Source: a bacterium
GTDB lineage: Bacteria; Verrucomicrobiota; Verrucomicrobiia; Chthoniobacterales; UBA6821
Reading direction: 5' to 3'
Assembly: GCA_021849805.1 (NCBI GenBank)
Contig: JAJZSL010000010.1
Coordinates: forward strand, 292 to 64,291
DNA: 64,000 nucleotides
Made by a program: the position numbers and the translations under genes. The stretch's first letter is position 1. Each line of letters opens with the position of its first letter. Below, one piece after another: positions 31,983-42,049 of this stretch. Under the pieces are notes generated by a model. It was not told the origin of the DNA, did not search any database, and saw only the letters and a program-made list of their open reading frames with translations.

Positions 31983-32035
31983 GCGAAATTTTTAAAATGA
32001 AGGTTATCTTTATCAAGATGCTCTTATCAACAAGC

Positions 32036-32971
32036 TTAGTCTGGATAAATTGTGAAACGATATTCAATTTCGAGGCGTCCTTTCTCTAGGGTTTTAGCTA
32101 TTTGAGCAGGAATAATGGGAATGGTTGCTTCCATAATCGACTGAAAGCAACAGTCAGCAAATGTTTGGTTAGAAGTATTAGAAATAAGACGAGGCTCTTC
32201 AATTTTTCCTTCTTCATTCACATAGAAAAAAATAATAGCTGTTCCAAAGCTTAATAGCTCCATGCGTGCATCAATGCAGTGATACCAATGAGAGCTAATA
32301 GCATCTGCTAGTGCTTTTTTGTAACGGCCAATCGGTGTGGATGCAGCAGCAGCAGAAGATTTTCCTTTATTGGAAATAGATCCACGAATCATTGATGAAT
32401 GAGAGCTATGATTCTCTTCTTTGGCTCTTGAGGAGAGTGTTCCAAGAACAGGGTGCTGACTCTCTTCTTCTGGAGTCGATGTTGACGAAGAGGGAAGGGG
32501 GGTGGCTGAGAAAGAGCCCGCTGAGTTTTCTAATTTTTCTGATGAAATTGATGTGGGGAGAGAATGGGCTCTTCCTGCTGATTGATTCTCTTTGAGCTCT
32601 AAAAAATCTGATTCTTTTCCTTCTTGAGTGGGAAGTGGAATGTTACCACTAGCTGGGAGCTCACTGGATGCTTCTGTGTTTTGGTAGGACTGGAAGGTTG
32701 CATGTTCGGGAGCTTCTTGAAGAGGATGTTCAGAAGCTTTGGTCATCGTCGATTCTACTTTTGGGTTTAAGGAGCTAAGATCTAAAAGGACTTCTGGTAG
32801 GGGATTTGGAATGGTTTTTGAAGGTTGTGAATTTCTATTAGAAAAATGAAGAAATTCATAACAGAAGAAAAAAAACAAAAGGATATGGAGGAAGAGCGAG
32901 AGGCAAAAAGAAAGTGGAAGGCTCTCTTGATAAAGCTTGGAGCGAAGATGTTTTTTTGTATGGCGATTCAC
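32036..32971 (-). CDS. TonB/TolA-like protein (TM anchor, S/P-rich linker, C-terminal TonB-type domain)
   Basis: SLFLHILL (SHLS-like) TM; C-terminal Y...I.S.W, F.V.EEGKI, EYRFTIY. Confidence 0.72.
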   Translation of the reverse strand: MNRHTKKHLRSKLYQESLPLSFCLSLFLHILLFFFFCYEFLHFSNRNSQPSKTIPNPLPEVLLDLSSLNPKVESTMTKASEHPLQEAPEHATFQSYQNTEASSELPASGNIPLPTQEGKESDFLELKENQSAGRAHSLPTSISSEKLENSAGSFSATPLPSSSTSTPEEESQHPVLGTLSSRAKEENHSSHSSMIRGSISNKGKSSAAAASTPIGRYKKALADAISSHWYHCIDARMELLSFGTAIIFFYVNEEGKIEEPRLISNTSNQTFADCCFQSIMEATIPIIPAQIAKTLEKGRLEIEYRFTIYPD

Positions 32972-32995
32972 AGATTTTTCTTGGAATGCTCTTTA

Positions 32996-34561
32996 CTAGG
33001 AAGAAATCAGGCAAGGATCGCCATAGAGCGTGAATGCGTGATGTTTGAGAATACGCACTTGAAAAATCTGGCGGTATAATTTCTTCTCTCCTTGAAAAAC
33101 AACAATTTTGTTAGTGCGAGTTCGCCCTGTCAGACGAGTAGGATCATATCGACTTGGGCCTTCACATAGAATTTCTTGTAGTGTTCCAACAGTAGATTCT
33201 AGTTTTCTAAGAGCAGAAGCATTGATGACTTCTAAGAGATCTTTATTACGAAATTCTTTGATTTCTTCGGAGAGTTGCTCTCTCATCGTTGCTGCAGGAG
33301 TATCCCCGCGTGGTGAGTAACGAAAGACAAAAGCATTATCAAATTGTAGTTCTTCGGCAAGCTGACGAGTCTGCAAATAATCGTCCTCTTTTTCTCCGGG
33401 AAATCCAACAATGATATCTGTTGTAATAGCAATGCCAGGGCGTGCTTGACGCAGTTCTTCGACGAGCTTGCGATATTTATTAGTTGTATAAGGACGATGC
33501 ATAGCTCTGAGTATTCGATCTGAACCCGATTGTAGAGGGAGATGAACATGCTCCATGATCTTTGAATGACTTCCAATACATTGAACTAGATCATGTCGGA
33601 ATCCCATTGGATGTGGAGAGGTGAAGCGAATTCTCTCCAGGCCTTTGATGTCATCAAGCGCTTCGAGTAATTGAACAAAAGGGCTTTTACCATTGATTTT
33701 AGGAATTTCATGGCGTGCATAAAGATTGACAATTTGGCCTAGCAAAGTGACTTCCTTCACTCCAGCAGCAACCAGATTCTTCACTTCTTCAATAATATCA
33801 GCTAACGGTCTTCCTCGCTCTCCTCCACGTGTTCTAGGAACAATACAAAAAGTACAGTGCATATCGCAGCCCTGCATAATGGAAATGAAAGCAGTAGCAG
33901 GAATTTCCTTGAGGTTTGTTGATTGTTTTTCCTCTGGTAGGTGATCAGATATTGAGGAATCACTTCTTCTACCATTAAGAGAAGATGGCCTTAGAGAAGT
34001 CTCTCTCTCCTGAAGAAGCTCTGACTGAAGGGAGGAGGGAGTGGCTAGGGTCAATGCCACTTCTTTTTCACTTCTTGAAGGTGTCAGAAAAAGATGGTCA
34101 CGAATGGTATTTTGAGAATTGATTTCCTCATCAATATCGATAAGAGGGTAGCGAAGGGAGCTCATGAGTTCTTTGATTTCTTGAGTGTGAGCTTCTCGTT
34201 GTCTTTTGAAGATTTCATCAACATAATCAGCAACACGATGAAATTTTTGTGTGCCAACAATGAGATCAACATGAGGAGTTTTTTCTGTAAGAGAAGCACC
34301 TAATCGCTGAGCCATGCAGCCAAGGTAACCAAGAACAAGCTGTGGTTTTTGGCGACGTAGCTTACGTAGAAAGCCCATTTTCCCAATCGCTTTATTCTCA
34401 GCCATCTCGCGAACACTGCACGTGTTCAATAAAATAATATCAGCTTCCTGTTCTCGTTGAGCAGGAGAGTAGCCATGAGCAATCAAATCACGAGCAACCT
34501 GCTCTGAATCGCGCTCATTCATTTGACATCCATATGTCTTAATAAAAAAACTAGGCATCAT
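32996..34561 (-). CDS. miaB: tRNA-2-methylthio-N6-dimethylallyladenosine synthase, with linker insertion
   Basis: TYGCQMNE.DSE, NTCSVRE.AE, GCDMHCTFCIVP.TRG, HLPLQSGS, TDIIVGFPGE, TRAM domain. Confidence 0.97.
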   Translation of the reverse strand: MMPSFFIKTYGCQMNERDSEQVARDLIAHGYSPAQREQEADIILLNTCSVREMAENKAIGKMGFLRKLRRQKPQLVLGYLGCMAQRLGASLTEKTPHVDLIVGTQKFHRVADYVDEIFKRQREAHTQEIKELMSSLRYPLIDIDEEINSQNTIRDHLFLTPSRSEKEVALTLATPSSLQSELLQERETSLRPSSLNGRRSDSSISDHLPEEKQSTNLKEIPATAFISIMQGCDMHCTFCIVPRTRGGERGRPLADIIEEVKNLVAAGVKEVTLLGQIVNLYARHEIPKINGKSPFVQLLEALDDIKGLERIRFTSPHPMGFRHDLVQCIGSHSKIMEHVHLPLQSGSDRILRAMHRPYTTNKYRKLVEELRQARPGIAITTDIIVGFPGEKEDDYLQTRQLAEELQFDNAFVFRYSPRGDTPAATMREQLSEEIKEFRNKDLLEVINASALRKLESTVGTLQEILCEGPSRYDPTRLTGRTRTNKIVVFQGEKKLYRQIFQVRILKHHAFTLYGDPCLISS

Positions 34562-34666
34562 ACTGGTTGTTAAGAAGAGAGAATGGAGCTGAAGGCTTGG
34601 CCTGGAATCGGGATTACTTTTGCTCAATGGAAGCAAGTGTACTTCTGCATCTCGATGGAGCAATCG

Positions 34667-35641
34667 TTAGCTTTTTTCCAGTTGAGGTGTTGCACGAGCT
34701 CCTGTGGGACTATTCTTCCACTGAAGGCTAGTTGTGCTCGGAGTAGGAGTGGAACGAGTAGGAGAAATTCCTTTATGAGAATTATTAGGATCATAAATTT
34801 TAAGATCTTTTCCTTGACGCAGCAGCCAGAAGGTGTTGTTGGTACCATATGTCTTCCAAGGTCCATCAGGAACAGCAGCCGCATCAACAAATTTCCAGTC
34901 ACAATAATCATTTCTACTAAGGCCAAGATAGTCGCGCACAGCAGGTGAAACATCAAGGCCTGCTCCATGATTCAAATTAGGACGTGGACGATCATTTCCA
35001 AAGACATAACTAGCATGATCAGTACGAAAAGGCCCACAGTCTTCCCACTGAGCAAAGCATGTTCGTCCATTATAGTGAATGGCGATCCAACGTCCCTTGA
35101 GAACTGTTTGACCTGGCTTAATAAAAGCTTCCTTAAACCAAGGAACAATTCTCGAAACTTCTAGTTTCGTCCTACTATGAGTTACATCATTGTATGGTAG
35201 AGCGCAGTAGAAGGGATTTTGTTTTGGAAGCAGTCCTTTAGGAATAAAGTTAGCACGAGCTGCAGGATTCGGGTTATCGTAGCCTCCAAAATGATGAGCC
35301 CAGTTAGCATCCCAAGTGCTTTTGTTGTTGGGAACAGGGTTATGAGCTGTAGGCCTCTCTCCAATCCAGAAGACAGTAGTAAAAATATTTTTCTTCCATG
35401 GATAGCGATTGAAGCCTTGCCCTAGAGCTGGAGGATGTGTCTGAACACGGGGAGGTCTTGTTGAATCGACAGCTTGTTGTCGTAGTTTCAGAGCAAGAGC
35501 TTCGAATTCTTTTTCACTATAAGTTTTGCTAGTCAATTTTTCTTTCATTTCAGAGAGAGAAGGGAGTGCTCCCGCTGAGTTGGAAAATAAATGGAGGATC
35601 GCAAGCAACAATAATAAAATAATAAAAGAGGAACGAAGCAT
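34667..35641 (-). CDS. Exported hypothetical protein, possible double-psi beta-barrel (RlpA-like) domain
   Basis: Signal-peptide-like MLRSSFIILLLLLAIL; FYCALP, AQWEDCGP, GLDVSPAV motifs. Confidence 0.65.
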   Translation of the reverse strand: MLRSSFIILLLLLAILHLFSNSAGALPSLSEMKEKLTSKTYSEKEFEALALKLRQQAVDSTRPPRVQTHPPALGQGFNRYPWKKNIFTTVFWIGERPTAHNPVPNNKSTWDANWAHHFGGYDNPNPAARANFIPKGLLPKQNPFYCALPYNDVTHSRTKLEVSRIVPWFKEAFIKPGQTVLKGRWIAIHYNGRTCFAQWEDCGPFRTDHASYVFGNDRPRPNLNHGAGLDVSPAVRDYLGLSRNDYCDWKFVDAAAVPDGPWKTYGTNNTFWLLRQGKDLKIYDPNNSHKGISPTRSTPTPSTTSLQWKNSPTGARATPQLEKS

Positions 35642-35834
35642 GGGAGGAGAGAAGGGTACGAATCTCTTACTAATTCGTACAAGGGTAAAATATACCACAA
35701 TTTTTTCTAGAGTTTTGCTAGCACTTCATAGCAATGAGCATAAAATAGTAGCACTGCTCATGGCCGAAGATTTCTTTTTATTCGTGAGCAAAACTAAATT
35801 TTAAAAACTTAATTTTAAAAATGGAAGTTTAGCA

Positions 35835-36395
35835 ATGAATCTTTCTAATGTTCTGACACTACTAAGAATAGTGCTTACTGTTTTTTTTGTCGTTGTCATG
35901 TCAGCTCAATCACATTTTGCCCATTCCATGGCATTGGTAATATTTGCTTTGGCGTCCCTAACTGATTGGATTGATGGGTATATCGCTCGTCGCTATGAAA
36001 GCTGTACAAGCTTTGGTCACTTCATGGATCCTCTTGCTGATAAAATTCTAGTAGCAGCAGCACTTATTTTACTCATTCCAGTAGGTGCTCTCCCTCCTTG
36101 GGTTGTGATTCTTATTATCACCAGAGAATTCATCATTACTGGTTTGCGGCTTCTAGCACTAGACCAAGGAGTCGTCATCGCTACAGATCGACTTGGCAAA
36201 CAAAAAACATTTGCTCAGCTCTTGACTATCCTTTTTTATTTATTTCTTCTGTCGGCAGAAAATTTTTTACATGCTCCTTGGATTTCTTGGTCTTGGAGGA
36301 AGTTAGGTCCTTTTCTTATTGGGGTAACGCTATTCTTCACAATTTATTCAGGACTCCTCTATGTTTGGAATCATCGAAAACTTTTTTATCAATGA
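35835..36395 (+). CDS. pgsA: CDP-diacylglycerol--glycerol-3-phosphate 3-phosphatidyltransferase
   Basis: [17 protein letters not shown]....[23 protein letters not shown]. Confidence 0.96.
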   Translation: MNLSNVLTLLRIVLTVFFVVVMSAQSHFAHSMALVIFALASLTDWIDGYIARRYESCTSFGHFMDPLADKILVAAALILLIPVGALPPWVVILIITREFIITGLRLLALDQGVVIATDRLGKQKTFAQLLTILFYLFLLSAENFLHAPWISWSWRKLGPFLIGVTLFFTIYSGLLYVWNHRKLFYQ

Positions 36396-37078
36396 CGCTA
36401 GCACCATTTGTCTATTCTCGTCTTGAGAATCTCCCTCCAGGAGGAGAGAAGAGAGTTCTTTTACATTCTTGCTGCGCTCCTTGTTCAGGTGAAGTGATTG
36501 AAGCAATGGTTGCTTCTGGATTAAACATTGAAATTTTTTTCTATAATCCCAATATTCATCCACGCAAGGAGTATGACTTGAGAAAAGAAGAGAATATTCG
36601 CTTTGCTCAAAAGCTTGGAATTCCTTTTATTGATGCTGATTACGATACAGCTTCATGGTTTCATCGTATCAAGGGAATGGAAAATGAGCCGGAGAGAGGA
36701 CGGCGTTGTAGTGCTTGTTTTGATATGCGTTTTGAGAGAACCGCTCTGCATGCTCATGAATTTGGATTTCCTGTAATGACCAGTTGTCTTGGTATTTCTC
36801 GCTGGAAGAATATGGAACAGATCAATCAATCGGGAATAAGAGCAGCAGCTCGTTACGAGGGCCTTACTTATTGGACATTTAATTGGCGTCAAGGAGGTGG
36901 AGCAAATCGAATGATAGAAATCTCTAAGCGCGAAGGATTTTATCAACAAGAGTATTGTGGTTGTATTTATTCCTTGCGGGATACAAATGCTTGGAGAAAG
37001 AGTCGTGGACGAGCAAAAATCTGTCTCGGTGAAAAATATTATACGACCATGACGCCGTGCGAAGATACTACTTCATAG
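36392..37078 (+). CDS. queH: Epoxyqueuosine reductase
   Basis: [38 protein letters not shown]; ATG 36392 overlaps pgsA stop. Confidence 0.93.
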   Translation: MTLAPFVYSRLENLPPGGEKRVLLHSCCAPCSGEVIEAMVASGLNIEIFFYNPNIHPRKEYDLRKEENIRFAQKLGIPFIDADYDTASWFHRIKGMENEPERGRRCSACFDMRFERTALHAHEFGFPVMTSCLGISRWKNMEQINQSGIRAAARYEGLTYWTFNWRQGGGANRMIEISKREGFYQQEYCGCIYSLRDTNAWRKSRGRAKICLGEKYYTTMTPCEDTTS

Positions 37079-37122
37079 TACTATTTTGACTCTTGTGTTT
37101 CTGCAGTATTTCTTCAATAACC

Positions 37123-37914
37123 ATGACGAGGAATTCCTTCGATCCCAGGAGTGCTCCTTATCGACGCATTTTCTATTTTCGATTACTTAGAAAAGTAGCT
37201 CGTTCTTTCTATTTTACGATTGCTCTTTTACCTCAAAGCTTGCAGGAACCCATGGGACTGGCTTACCTTTTGGCGCGTGCTTCTGATACAATTGCCGATC
37301 GAAAATTAGAGGATTTTCAACCTGTAGATTGGGAATTACTAGAGGCATTGCCACAATTAGTCGATTCATTGAATCATCCCAGTAGAGATCAGCGAGAAGC
37401 TTATTATATTCGCTCTGTTTGGGAGAAAATTCTTCAAGGGCAGCAATCTGATCTCCCTAGGACATGGGATTTAGAAGCACTCGATGAATATCTCTATCTG
37501 GTTGCTGGTTCTGTTGGGGAGTTTTGGACAAGAATGCTCATACATCATTTACCCAATTTAATGCGAACTTCCGCTTCTGAAATGATCAATTTAGGGATCA
37601 ATTACGGAAAAGGCCTTCAACTGGTGAATATCCTCAGAGATCGTCAGCATGATATTCAACAAGGCCGCTTCTACTATCTAGAGGAAGATCGTACTCAACT
37701 CTATCATCAAGCTTTTGACTACTTGAAGAGTGGAAAAATCTATCTAAAAACACTTTCTCCAGGATATTTTAAGATGGCTACAGCAATTCCTTTACTCCTT
37801 GCGGAAGAAACATTGGTACTCATGATGAGCAAACCTCATCTCGCGATGAGGAAGGTTTGTCGTTTTAGACTCTATTGCACTTTGATGAAAGCTCTCACTC
37901 TTCTGTTTTTTTAA
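37123..37914 (+). CDS. Squalene/phytoene synthase family protein
   Basis: VARSFY, YLLARASDTIAD, YLYLVAGSVGEFW, GKGLQLVNILRD..D..GRFY. Confidence 0.85.
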   Translation: MTRNSFDPRSAPYRRIFYFRLLRKVARSFYFTIALLPQSLQEPMGLAYLLARASDTIADRKLEDFQPVDWELLEALPQLVDSLNHPSRDQREAYYIRSVWEKILQGQQSDLPRTWDLEALDEYLYLVAGSVGEFWTRMLIHHLPNLMRTSASEMINLGINYGKGLQLVNILRDRQHDIQQGRFYYLEEDRTQLYHQAFDYLKSGKIYLKTLSPGYFKMATAIPLLLAEETLVLMMSKPHLAMRKVCRFRLYCTLMKALTLLFF

Positions 37915-38917
37915 ACTCAGCTTCTCTTAGCGGCACTACTGGTGCTACTCCAAGAGGACGACTCCACTCAAAGAGCCCCATATCTGATGATGGTTTCTGA
38001 GCATAAGCTTCTTGGAACATTTCAAAGCGTGCATCCAGATTATCAAGAAGGTGGAGCACCATGGCTTCAGGTGTTTTAGGAAGAATGGGAGAACCATACT
38101 CAAGAAGTCCATGATGAGAGGCAATGAGATGGAGAAGATGCAATCGGACTTCTTCATCTGCGGGGAGTAGATGACTCCATGTTTCTTTGGGTAACTCCCG
38201 CCAGAGTGCATTGACAAGTTCAATTCCAATGGAGAGATGTCCTAAGAGTTCTCCCCGAAGATGAGGAGTTATTTCAAATCCTTGAGCTAAGGGGCATGTT
38301 TCCCAGAGTTTTCCAGAATCATGAAAGAGAATTCCAGTAATGAGTAAATCTCGATGAAGCTGAGGATAGACTGGGTGAAGCGCTAAGAGAGATCTCATCA
38401 TCCGAGCGGTATGTTCTAAGAGACCACCGCGACGAGCATGATGGTTGCTGCGAGCTGCTGCAGCTCTACGAAAACGTTTTCCATATTGTTTAAGGAATAG
38501 TTGGCAGAGCATTTGAAGCCGTGGATCTTGAAGGCTATCAATAGAATGAAGCAGTAACTCATAGTCAGCTTGATGAGTCCTCTGCTCCTCCAGAGAACCT
38601 TCAAGCAGAAAATTGATCTTCTCTTCATCGAGTGTTTGGACGCTCCATGTTGTAGCATCCAGCCCAAAGGAGTTTTGAGTGAAATTTCCAGTAATCTCTA
38701 CGAACTCTCCTTTGGCTAGTTTCTGACAAGCTAAAAAAGAAGGCTTTTCACTCCAAGCTCGTAAGCTTAATGTACCTGTTGCATCGCGAAGTACGAGTTC
38801 ATAGAAAGGTTTCCCAGAGGAGGTTTCTTTCAGTAGTATTTTCTCTACTTGAGCTTCAATAGTCAGAGAAGAGGAGTTCCCTTCACGGGTCATTTCACGG
38901 AGTGATCGAATGGTCAT
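37895..38917 (-). CDS. OB-fold + HD-domain 3'-5' exoribonuclease (YhaM/Cbf1 family)
   Basis: GKPF..L.L.D.TG, HHA..GGLLEHT, LFHDSGK, G.LLGH, IASHHG..EYGSP..P.TPEA..LH..DNLDA. Confidence 0.9.
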   Translation of the reverse strand: MTIRSLREMTREGNSSSLTIEAQVEKILLKETSSGKPFYELVLRDATGTLSLRAWSEKPSFLACQKLAKGEFVEITGNFTQNSFGLDATTWSVQTLDEEKINFLLEGSLEEQRTHQADYELLLHSIDSLQDPRLQMLCQLFLKQYGKRFRRAAAARSNHHARRGGLLEHTARMMRSLLALHPVYPQLHRDLLITGILFHDSGKLWETCPLAQGFEITPHLRGELLGHLSIGIELVNALWRELPKETWSHLLPADEEVRLHLLHLIASHHGLLEYGSPILPKTPEAMVLHLLDNLDARFEMFQEAYAQKPSSDMGLFEWSRPLGVAPVVPLREAEFKKTEE

Positions 38918-38944
38918 TGTTAGGAAGGAAAGTGAGAAGCTCTT

Positions 38945-39799
38945 CTAACGGCATGACTCTGCTGCACGGAGTGATCGACCGAATTGATGTAATATTAATA
39001 AAATAAGAAAAAGGGTGATTGCTGGAAAGAGCAGTATCCACCAGTCACCATGGAGGGGATTGATGCTTGCTGTTCCTTCTGCTAGAAGAGATCCTAAACT
39101 TGCTTCAGGAGCTTGAATACCAAATCCTAGAAAACTTAGAAATGCTTCATCAATAATGACTGCCGGAGTAGCAAGTGTCATATAAACCAATAAAAAGCCG
39201 AGGAGATTAGGTAGAAAATGATTCCATAGAAGAGTAAGAGAGCGCTCTCCGAGCACTCGTGCCGCTGCAATATAATTGCACTGTTTGAGGGAGAGTACTT
39301 GTCCTCGAATGATACGCGCTACGGTTAACCATTCGATGAATCCTAAGGTTAAGACTAAAATCATGATTCGTGATGAGGGGATCAGCCAAGAGAAATGGAG
39401 CTGATTGGCGATTTCCTGGAGGCGCGTATTGAAAATACTAATAAAAATCAGTACGAAAATAAGACGAGGAATGGAGTAGAGGATATCAAGAAGACGCATC
39501 ATGATCATATCCCACCAACCACCTAAGTATCCTGCAATCATCCCGTAGAGGGTTCCTATGAAAATACTGATTGTGGCTCCAGAAAGACCAACAAAAAGTG
39601 AAATCTGAGCTCCAGTAAGTACACGATAAAGAAGATCGCGACCACTGGTATCAGTCCCAAAAAGATGCTTCCAGCTTGGAGGAGTATCTCTCAGTAGTGT
39701 TGGAGAGTAATCACTTCTTGAGCAAAAAAAGGGGACAGTACTCACCATGAATATCATAGCAATCACTAAATAAGCTAGAGGACGGGGAGAGGTGAGCAT
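38945..39799 (-). CDS. oppC: Oligopeptide ABC transporter permease
   Basis: HLFGTD.SGRDL, ARIIRGQVLSLK...YI.AAR.LG, EAFLSFLG.G..P..SLG. Confidence 0.92.
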   Translation of the reverse strand: MLTSPRPLAYLVIAMIFMVSTVPFFCSRSDYSPTLLRDTPPSWKHLFGTDTSGRDLLYRVLTGAQISLFVGLSGATISIFIGTLYGMIAGYLGGWWDMIMMRLLDILYSIPRLIFVLIFISIFNTRLQEIANQLHFSWLIPSSRIMILVLTLGFIEWLTVARIIRGQVLSLKQCNYIAAARVLGERSLTLLWNHFLPNLLGFLLVYMTLATPAVIIDEAFLSFLGFGIQAPEASLGSLLAEGTASINPLHGDWWILLFPAITLFLILLILHQFGRSLRAAESCR

Positions 39800-39819
39800 A
39801 CGGAAGATCAACGATTCTA

Positions 39820-40731
39820 CTAGAACTGTTTTTCTATTCTTGGGTCTAGAAAGCGATAGGAAATATCGATGAGAAGATTGAAGAGAATCAAAAGTCCACA
39901 ATAGAGGATAACAACTCCACAAACTAGAAAAACATCATGATTGAGAATAGCATGAAGAAAAAATGCACCAACTCCAGGAATGTTGAAGATTGTTTCAATA
40001 ACAATAGAACCCGTTAGAAGATTAGCAGCAAGGGGAGCGCTATAGGAAGCAACTGGTAGGAGAGCAAGTCGAAGAGCGTGATAGTAGAGAAGGCGTTGTG
40101 GAGAAGCTCCCTTGGCTCGTGCTACTTGAATGAAATTTTCTTGTAAAATATTCTCGAGGCTATCTCGTAGCAAGGAAGCAATTGTCACCATTGAAGGAAG
40201 TGCCAGAGTGATGGCAGGGAGGAGTATTTCTGAGGGTGAGCCCCAGCCTCCAAGAGGAAGCCAACGCAACCAAAGAGAAAAAAGAAGGATGAATAGAGGA
40301 CCCAATACAAAAGTTGGCAGTGACATGATGACTAAGATGAGGAAGAGAATGGCAGTATCAATTTTTGAATGAGCATAAAGTGCTCCAAGTGTGCCAAGCA
40401 AAATTCCACCAACAAGAGAAATAACAAAAGCCAGAGAGCCTAAAACTAGGGTTACTGGCAATGTTTGACTGAGGATTTGAGAAACACTTCGATGACGATA
40501 CTGTGTCGAAATTCTCAAATCACCATGTAAGAGATCCTTCCAGTAATCGAGATATTGATCCAAGAGGGATCCATTAAGTCGATACTTGGCGAGCAATTCA
40601 CGTTCAATGGCTGCTGGTAATTTTCTCTCTGCGTCAAAAGGACCTCCGGGAATTAATCGAACCAAGAGGAAAGTAATAGAGAGAACACAATAGAAAACGA
40701 GGAGGGCGCTAATACAACGACGCAAGATCAT
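39820..40731 (-). CDS. oppB: Oligopeptide ABC transporter permease
   Basis: PGGPF, ARAKG, ETIFNIPG.G, DISY..LDPRI. Confidence 0.93.
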   Translation of the reverse strand: MILRRCISALLVFYCVLSITFLLVRLIPGGPFDAERKLPAAIERELLAKYRLNGSLLDQYLDYWKDLLHGDLRISTQYRHRSVSQILSQTLPVTLVLGSLAFVISLVGGILLGTLGALYAHSKIDTAILFLILVIMSLPTFVLGPLFILLFSLWLRWLPLGGWGSPSEILLPAITLALPSMVTIASLLRDSLENILQENFIQVARAKGASPQRLLYYHALRLALLPVASYSAPLAANLLTGSIVIETIFNIPGVGAFFLHAILNHDVFLVCGVVILYCGLLILFNLLIDISYRFLDPRIEKQF

Positions 40732-40840
40732 AAGGTAGAAAAATGGTCTTGATTCTTTCTAGTAAAAGCTCCGCTCCGCTCTCAGTATGATATCATTGAA
40801 TAGCGCTTGAAATGATGACTCTTCAAATGATTTTTAGGAC

Positions 40841-41614
40841 TCAAGCATGTTGTGCTTGAAGGAAAATCTGTGCAAATGTTCGTGGATCAAGACTAGCACT
40901 TCCAACTAAGACTCCATCAATATTAGGTGCACTGAGAAATTCTCTTGTGTTTGCTGGAGTTACGCTGCCTCCATATTGCAAACGTATTTTCTGAGCAGTG
41001 GTACTGTTACTCAGTTGGGCAAGAGTGCTACGAATAAAGAGATGAGATTCTTCAGCTTGATCAAGCGTAGGCGTTTTCCCTGTTCCAATGGCCCACACAG
41101 GCTCATAGGCAACAATAGTATTCGCTAGTTGCTCCAAGGAAAACCCAGTGAGTGCTTCACGAAGCTGTTGCTCTAAAACTTGTTTTTCCTTTCCTGCAAG
41201 TCGTTCCTCTAATGTTTCACCAATACAGAGAATAGGACGAATTTCATGACGATGAGCAATAGCAATCTTAGCATGGATGAGATCATTGGTTTCTCCAAAG
41301 AGATGACGGCGTTCACTGTGTCCAATGAGCACATAGCGCACAAAGAGGTCACGTAGCATGGCAGCAGAAATTTCTCCAGTAAAAGCTCCCTTGTCATGGG
41401 AAGAGATATTTTGAGCTCCTAAGTAAATTCCTGGAATAAGCGCCAAGAGCTCTGAGGATTTTGGAAGAGAAGTGAAGGATGGAATGAGGATGACATCAAC
41501 GGCCAAGACCGTTTTGATTTCTTCAAGAAAATTCGTAAGGTAAGCAGTAACCTCACTAGCAGTCATGTTCATTTTCCAGTTAGCAGCAATAACTTTTTTG
41601 CGAAGATGGGACAT
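40841..41614 (-). CDS. tpiA: Triosephosphate isomerase
   Basis: ANWKMN, GAFTGE, IGHSERR, AYEPVWAIGTG, YGGSV. Confidence 0.98.
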   Translation of the reverse strand: MSHLRKKVIAANWKMNMTASEVTAYLTNFLEEIKTVLAVDVILIPSFTSLPKSSELLALIPGIYLGAQNISSHDKGAFTGEISAAMLRDLFVRYVLIGHSERRHLFGETNDLIHAKIAIAHRHEIRPILCIGETLEERLAGKEKQVLEQQLREALTGFSLEQLANTIVAYEPVWAIGTGKTPTLDQAEESHLFIRSTLAQLSNSTTAQKIRLQYGGSVTPANTREFLSAPNIDGVLVGSASLDPRTFAQIFLQAQHA

Positions 41615-41624
41615 AGAGATCAAT

Positions 41625-42003
41625 GATAGTGCATTTACTTAGAAATGACAGGAAAGAGCCTAGAAACTTCTAGAAAAGAGAAAAAAAATTCAAGAACAAG
41701 TATAGTCAAATTACTTAGAAATTATAGGAAAGAACGTAGAGATTTTTAAAAAAGGCAAGGCCGAAAACCGAGCGCTATCTCAACGATAAGGTGATGGAAT
41801 GAGAACGCTGCATTTTTTAAAAAAGATCAAGTCAATTTCCTGTTCTTTCTAAGTAATTTGACTATAACATTTCAATGATAAGATGATGGGATAAGAGTGT
41901 TCTCAATGCTATGAAGTCCCATTTTGAAATCTTCCAATAAGGTGACTTTAGCTCTAGAGGCCTTTTCTCTTCCAGCCAGCATGCTTTTTAAGTAAATACA
42001 AGA
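41625..42003 (-). mobile_element. Older decayed subfamily B element interrupted by the 41701-41866 copy
   Basis: 41625-41700 matches the first half and 41867-41902 the continuation of the inner copy; far arm remnant TTTTTAAGTAAATACA at ~41985-42000. Confidence 0.7.
41701..41866 (-). mobile_element. Palindromic MITE-like element, subfamily B (intact, perfect TIR)
   Basis: Perfect 21-bp TIR TATAGTCAAATTACTTAGAAA (41701-41721) / TTTCTAAGTAATTTGACTATA (41846-41866). Confidence 0.92.
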
Positions 42004-42049
42004 GAGCTATTCAGTTTGATTATAGTAATGAAGAGCACCCTCTGCTAGG

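Noticed and set aside
30538-32000. Integrative island at tRNA-Leu (also checked tRNA-Arg and tRNA-Thr)
   Set aside because: No integrase and no duplicated tRNA 3' end seen.
33908-34090. Intein in MiaB
   Set aside because: No N-terminal C/S block or terminal HN motif; too short and low-complexity.
34583-34968. Overlapping ORFs 34583-34948(+) and 34624-34968(-), plus the many other 60-130 aa ORFs nested in genes
   Set aside because: Antisense or alternate-frame shadows of well-supported CDS.
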